A DNA stretch of 37,499 nucleotides from an uncultured Bacteriovoracaceae bacterium (lineage in GTDB: Bacteria > Bdellovibrionota > UBA1018): NCBI GenBank assembly GCA_964496965.1, contig CAZCBS010000001.1:1-37499 (forward strand), given 5' to 3'. Shown here piece after piece: positions 33,740 through 37,499 of the stretch. Made by a program: the position numbers and the translations under genes. The notes below the pieces were generated by a model. That model saw nothing but the letters and a program-made list of their open reading frames with translations. It did not search any database and was not told the DNA's origin. Position 1 is the stretch's first letter. Every line of letters begins with the position of its first letter.

Positions 33740-34740
33740 TGAAAAATGTCCTGATTTTAGCTTCCGCTATTTTCTTCGCAAGTGGCGCTTTCGCTTCGTC
33801 GAGCTCTGTCGAGGCGGGCGGAGTCCGCTACGCTTCTCATGTGGCCATTTCGACTGGGGTTTCGCCTTCGATTTCAATAGAAGAGGTCAGAAAAGAAGTC
33901 TTCGAGGGAATGGGCGGCTGCGATCAGGCCATTTTCACCAATGAAGACTATCTCGCGGTGAGCCTCCGGCCTTTGGTGCCAAGAGTGGGGCATGTGCGGA
34001 TCACTTCGCTCAAAAACACAACCCAGGTTTTCGATATCTCGACGGATGCGCGAGTGACTGACATTAAGGTTGTTGGAGATATCGCGTATGTTCTGACGGG
34101 CGTGACTCTCGAGGCGTGGGATATCTCGAGCGAAAAGCAGCTCTTCAAATATGCAACGCACCCAGAGGCAGCTCCGGATCTTGATTGGCGCAAGAGAGCA
34201 GAGGGATTTGTTTTGAGCGGAAATCGCGCGATCATCGCTCATAGCGTTCTTGGCGTGACGGTGTTGGACCTTGCGTCTGGCAAGTTTGTTAAAATTCTTC
34301 CAATGATCACCGTTTCGTCGGCACAGGACATCGCTCTTTTGAGCGCGGACCAGGCCGTGATCGCTGTTGATAATGATAACGAAGCGACGTTTCGTGGGAT
34401 GTATCTCATGAACCTTCGTAGCCTGGCGTTTACTAAGAAAATCAAAATCGACAACGCGTTTCCGCAAGCTGTTCGCGTCCTCGATGGCGATCGACTTATG
34501 CTGATGTATTCGAACGCGGTTTGGAAATTTGGGAAGAGCCAAGCTCTCGCGGCGGCCAGAGAGCCAAAGCCCTCTATTCGTGCTTGGCAGTTCCCAGGCC
34601 TGAATGTGGTCGATATGCAGGGAAAAGTCGCATTCGATAGCAAGTACCTCTACGGCTGTTTCAAAATGTGGGAGAGTGAGGCGACGCCAACGCCTTTCAA
34701 GCCGATGGCTTTTGATTTGAAAGCATTGCGGCTGAACTGA
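33736..34740 (+). CDS. Hypothetical secreted protein (possibly beta-propeller-like)
   Basis: 334-aa ORF with signal peptide MMKNVLILASAIFFASGAFA. It has recurring strand-like motifs (GVTLEAWDIS, GVTVLDLASGK, AVIAVDNDN). It is coupled to the GNAT gene. Confidence 0.55.
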   Translation: MMKNVLILASAIFFASGAFASSSSVEAGGVRYASHVAISTGVSPSISIEEVRKEVFEGMGGCDQAIFTNEDYLAVSLRPLVPRVGHVRITSLKNTTQVFDISTDARVTDIKVVGDIAYVLTGVTLEAWDISSEKQLFKYATHPEAAPDLDWRKRAEGFVLSGNRAIIAHSVLGVTVLDLASGKFVKILPMITVSSAQDIALLSADQAVIAVDNDNEATFRGMYLMNLRSLAFTKKIKIDNAFPQAVRVLDGDRLMLMYSNAVWKFGKSQALAAAREPKPSIRAWQFPGLNVVDMQGKVAFDSKYLYGCFKMWESEATPTPFKPMAFDLKALRLN

Positions 34741-34788
34741 GGATTTCGGCCCGAACGATGAAGCTCGACACAGTGAGCGATTAGCCGA

Positions 34789-35898
34789 TTATCGAACGTA
34801 AGCTTGCATTCGATTCGGACCTAGTTTTGCGATGGCTTGGTGCGTATTGTGTGCCCGACAAAGCAATCTGAGATTGGACGCTTCGGTTTTTCCTCCGAGC
34901 GCAAATGGCTCAACATGATCCACTTCAAGAGCAAATCGCGAATTGCAGCGCCTGCCATCCGGACTACAATAAGAGCATTGGCCCTGATCACGTCGCCAAA
35001 TCTCTCTTTTTAGCGCTGCGGGAATATAGCGGCTAGTGGATTGGCCAGTGGATTGGCCAGTGGATTGGATTGATTCGTGTTGAGCCGGTTGAGATTGCGT
35101 CTGTGCTGGTGCTGGTGAGCACTCCGCCGGCGGAGTCGAGTCGGCCGCTCTGGATTGGGGCGACTTTTTGTCCGCTGTTTGCGCATTTTTGGTAACTTCA
35201 TCGCGGACTGTTTTTTTGTGGGTGGTCTTTTTTGAAGAGAGTGGATCAAGCTTTTTGAGCGTCAGATCGGCCATGCGATGAAAGAGCTCGAGATAAGAAG
35301 GATTGGATTGTACATGCCCGTCGAGCTCACGGATGCTTTGAAGTTTTTCCATGAGAGAGTCATCGGCTATGAAGCGAATTTCTGTTTGAGTAGGACTGAC
35401 CACTCGTTCTCGTTCTTGCGGAAGAGCGGCTTGCGGATCTAAAGCTGAAAGCTCTTTTTCGCACTCGCGTCTGGATTTTCCTTGGAGCGCGAATACAAGT
35501 TCTCGTTTTTCGTCTTTTGAAACGGGCTCTTCTTTTCTTTGAATGAAACTTTGAATTGTGGAAAGAGTCGATAAACTCACATCGCCTCTCTCGAGAGCAG
35601 GCTCGATTTCTGGAACTTCGACTAACAGTCTCATCGCGGCGATTCGTCTTCCAGCGGCCGCTTCGGAGTAGGAGAGCTCTTTGACGGCATACTCGAAGAG
35701 AGATCCGTAGCCTTTTTCGGCGTAAAGTCTTCGCTTCTGGATTTCGTGCATGTGCCAGAGAATGGATGTCGTTAATTTTCTTTCCTCAGCGACAAGCGCC
35801 TGAGTGTTTTGAAGCAATCTTTCGTTCGACAGGGACTTAAGAGAAACAGGTTTTAATTCGTTCATAGGTAAGAGCATGCATACCATCGAATTTTGCAT
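34789..35898 (-). CDS. HNH endonuclease family protein, paralogue of 1870..2868
   Basis: 369-aa track ORF with CSYCSPDGRRCNSRFALEVDHVEPFALGGKTEASNLRLLCRAHN. The N-terminus LKSLSNERLL...GSLFEYAVKELSYSEAAAGRRIAAMRLL parallels LKNLSNETLL...SSLFEYVTRELGYCPASACRRIDAMRLI. By alignment, ATG 35865 or 35877 may be the real start. Confidence 0.85.
   Translation of the reverse strand: MQNSMVCMLLPMNELKPVSLKSLSNERLLQNTQALVAEERKLTTSILWHMHEIQKRRLYAEKGYGSLFEYAVKELSYSEAAAGRRIAAMRLLVEVPEIEPALERGDVSLSTLSTIQSFIQRKEEPVSKDEKRELVFALQGKSRRECEKELSALDPQAALPQERERVVSPTQTEIRFIADDSLMEKLQSIRELDGHVQSNPSYLELFHRMADLTLKKLDPLSSKKTTHKKTVRDEVTKNAQTADKKSPQSRAADSTPPAECSPAPAQTQSQPAQHESIQSTGQSTGQSTSRYIPAALKREIWRRDQGQCSYCSPDGRRCNSRFALEVDHVEPFALGGKTEASNLRLLCRAHNTHQAIAKLGPNRMQAYVR
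35035..35068 (-). repeat. 12-bp in-frame tandem repeat (2.8 copies) in the HNH linker
   Basis: AGTGGATTGGCC at 35035-35046 and 35047-35058, plus a partial copy at 35059-35068. It encodes STGQSTGQST. Confidence 0.85.
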
Positions 35899-36141
35899 GC
35901 TCCGTAATGCGTACAGATGACTTATGCCGGGCTGTTTTAGTAAAAATGTTTTTTGTCGGCATGTTTTGAAAGAGAGCCTGTTAAAGCTAAAGTATGCTCA
36001 AAATAGGCGTATTTTACGATGGTTTCTAAAAACCGAGCTGAAAATTTATAAAACTCTGTCAAGATTTTTATAAAATAGTTTTTCGAATGGTCTGTTGCCG
36101 CTGACATGTTTTTTTTGATAGTTTGCGGTCCTCATGATGTT

Positions 36142-36180
<39 letters not shown>

Positions 36181-36208
36181 GAGTGAGTGAGTGAGTGAGT
36201 GAGTGAGT
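36181..36208. repeat. Tetranucleotide microsatellite (GAGT)7
   Basis: Seven perfect GAGT units, separated from the (GCC)11 tract only by GCGG. Confidence 0.95.
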
Positions 36209-36513
36209 GCTTCACAGTGTCTCTGCTGTTGTGAGATGCGTTGCGTTTTCAAAAATAAAGCTTCGACTCTCTTCGGTTTTCTCGAGTTCATTCAGCTTTA
36301 CAGGTGTCTAATTCGTGTACAGGCGTGCTCACGGCGTAATATAAATTATTGATATGTAAAAAATCAGCAAGCGTTTGTAACTATACCGAAAAGCACCGTG
36401 TCCGCTTTGGAGTCGTTGGCCCGTTCTATCGTCGCATAGGCCGGTACGAGTCTTGCCTTACTTTGCTCGCCCTGATTCGGTTCAAACGAAGCAGCGAGAA
36501 GAGAGAGGCAATC

Positions 36514-37499
36514 ATGAAAAAAGCAAGTGTCGGATTTGGAGCGGGACTGGCGGCGATCTCCGCTCTTTGTCTATTTCAGGGCTTCGCGCATGCACCCGAG
36601 ACGGTGGGAAACCGTGGACTTGCTTCTTCCTCCGGGGATGTCATTGAAGAATCTTTGAGGCCGGAACATAGAGCGCGAAAAGCCGAGGTTTGTGGTGACT
36701 GGGCTCTTCAAATCGACTCGCTGACTAACTACGATGCGCAGCAAACCGGCTGGTTTCCTGGTCAGGTCAAAGTCCTGGCCGACCCACATGAGGCGCTTCT
36801 TGCGAAGATCTTGCTCATTCAAAAGGCCAAGAAGAGCATCGATGTATCGACCTATATTTTCGAGGCGGACGAATCGACAAAGGCCGTGCTTGATGAACTT
36901 CGTAGAGCGATTCTTCGCGGTGTCAACGTTCGTTTTATGATCGATGCGGGCGGATCTCTGGCCGAGGCGCTGAAAGATCAGTATCGCCATCCGCGGGCGC
37001 TCTTGTTGGCTCGCGAGCTTGCCCGGAAAAACGGGCTTAAGCCCGGGCAGGTGGATGTCGTAATTTTCCATCCCATGGGCCGCATCAGGACGATCTTGAG
37101 CAATATCAGAGGGAAACTTTTTGAGAACGTCGATGTTTCGAGCGAGACCGGCTTGAACTGGGATCGCAGATCTCATGACAAGATTTTAATGATCGATAAG
37201 GAGTCGCGTCAAGATACGATGGCCATCGTTGGGGGCCGGAATTTTCATAACGCTTATTACGGCATTCCGCAGGTCGATCAACAGACTTACGAAGATATGG
37301 AAGTTCTGGTCTCGAGCGATCCAAATTCGAAAGACCCGAGAACGATCTCCAATACGTTGGGAAAGCACTATCAAAACCTCATCTGCGCCAAAGGTAATCG
37401 CTGGCTCAGCTTGGAAAGAGTCAGTCGCTTTTTGGACGGGACCTGGTTTGAGAGATTCGAGGAAATTCCATCGCTATTGGCATTGAAAAAGATCGAGGG
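36514..37499 (+). CDS. Secreted phospholipase D (HKD) superfamily protein; 3' part beyond the window end
   Basis: Absent from the track because no stop falls in the window. ATG 36514 follows GAGAGAGG. The product begins MKKASVGFGAGLAAISALCLFQGFAHA (signal peptide) and contains SHDKILMIDKESRQDTMAIVGGRNF, i.e. HxKx4Dx6GxxN. Confidence 0.8.
   Translation, partial: MKKASVGFGAGLAAISALCLFQGFAHAPETVGNRGLASSSGDVIEESLRPEHRARKAEVCGDWALQIDSLTNYDAQQTGWFPGQVKVLADPHEALLAKILLIQKAKKSIDVSTYIFEADESTKAVLDELRRAILRGVNVRFMIDAGGSLAEALKDQYRHPRALLLARELARKNGLKPGQVDVVIFHPMGRIRTILSNIRGKLFENVDVSSETGLNWDRRSHDKILMIDKESRQDTMAIVGGRNFHNAYYGIPQVDQQTYEDMEVLVSSDPNSKDPRTISNTLGKHYQNLICAKGNRWLSLERVSRFLDGTWFERFEEIPSLLALKKIE

Overview
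This is a 37.5-kb chromosomal window with about 40 protein-coding genes. I saw no rRNA, tRNA or CRISPR array. All calls come from reading the six-frame track and the raw sequence; no database search was run.

**Backbone.** The housekeeping genes have higher G+C. They are an RpoH-like sigma factor (partial, left edge), an M16 peptidase, maeB, ridA, rpmB, rdgB, trxC, cinA, nadA, thiBPQ, icd, mdh, a PlsC-family acyltransferase and a GNAT. The many exported orphan proteins fit a Bdellovibrio-like or other predatory lineage, but this window cannot establish that.

**Lower-G+C accessory segments and main leads.**
1. An HNH-endonuclease gene (1870-2868) lies in a ~1.07-kb cassette bounded by perfect 13-bp direct repeats. 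One repeat contains the stop codon of the upstream gene.
2. A 21-bp perfect (27/29) inverted copy of an internal part of that gene lies about 1 kb away.
3. A full-length paralogue in the same orientation sits at 34789-35898.
4. A compound microsatellite, (GCC)11 then (GAGT)7, lies in the 615-bp divergent region between the second HNH gene and a secreted phospholipase-D-family gene (partial, right edge).
5. A signal-peptide-bearing protein (12460-14670) has motif-level resemblance to CCA-adding/poly(A)-polymerase nucleotidyltransferases and ends in 5.5 tandem 30-32-aa repeats.
6. A divergent cluster of exported orphan proteins with a TonB-like gene spans 14683-19525. It includes a 124-nt out-of-frame overlap and a possible ATT start.
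7. A two-gene low-G+C island is wedged between icd and mdh.

The functional ideas attached to these leads are inference and need profile or structure searches.
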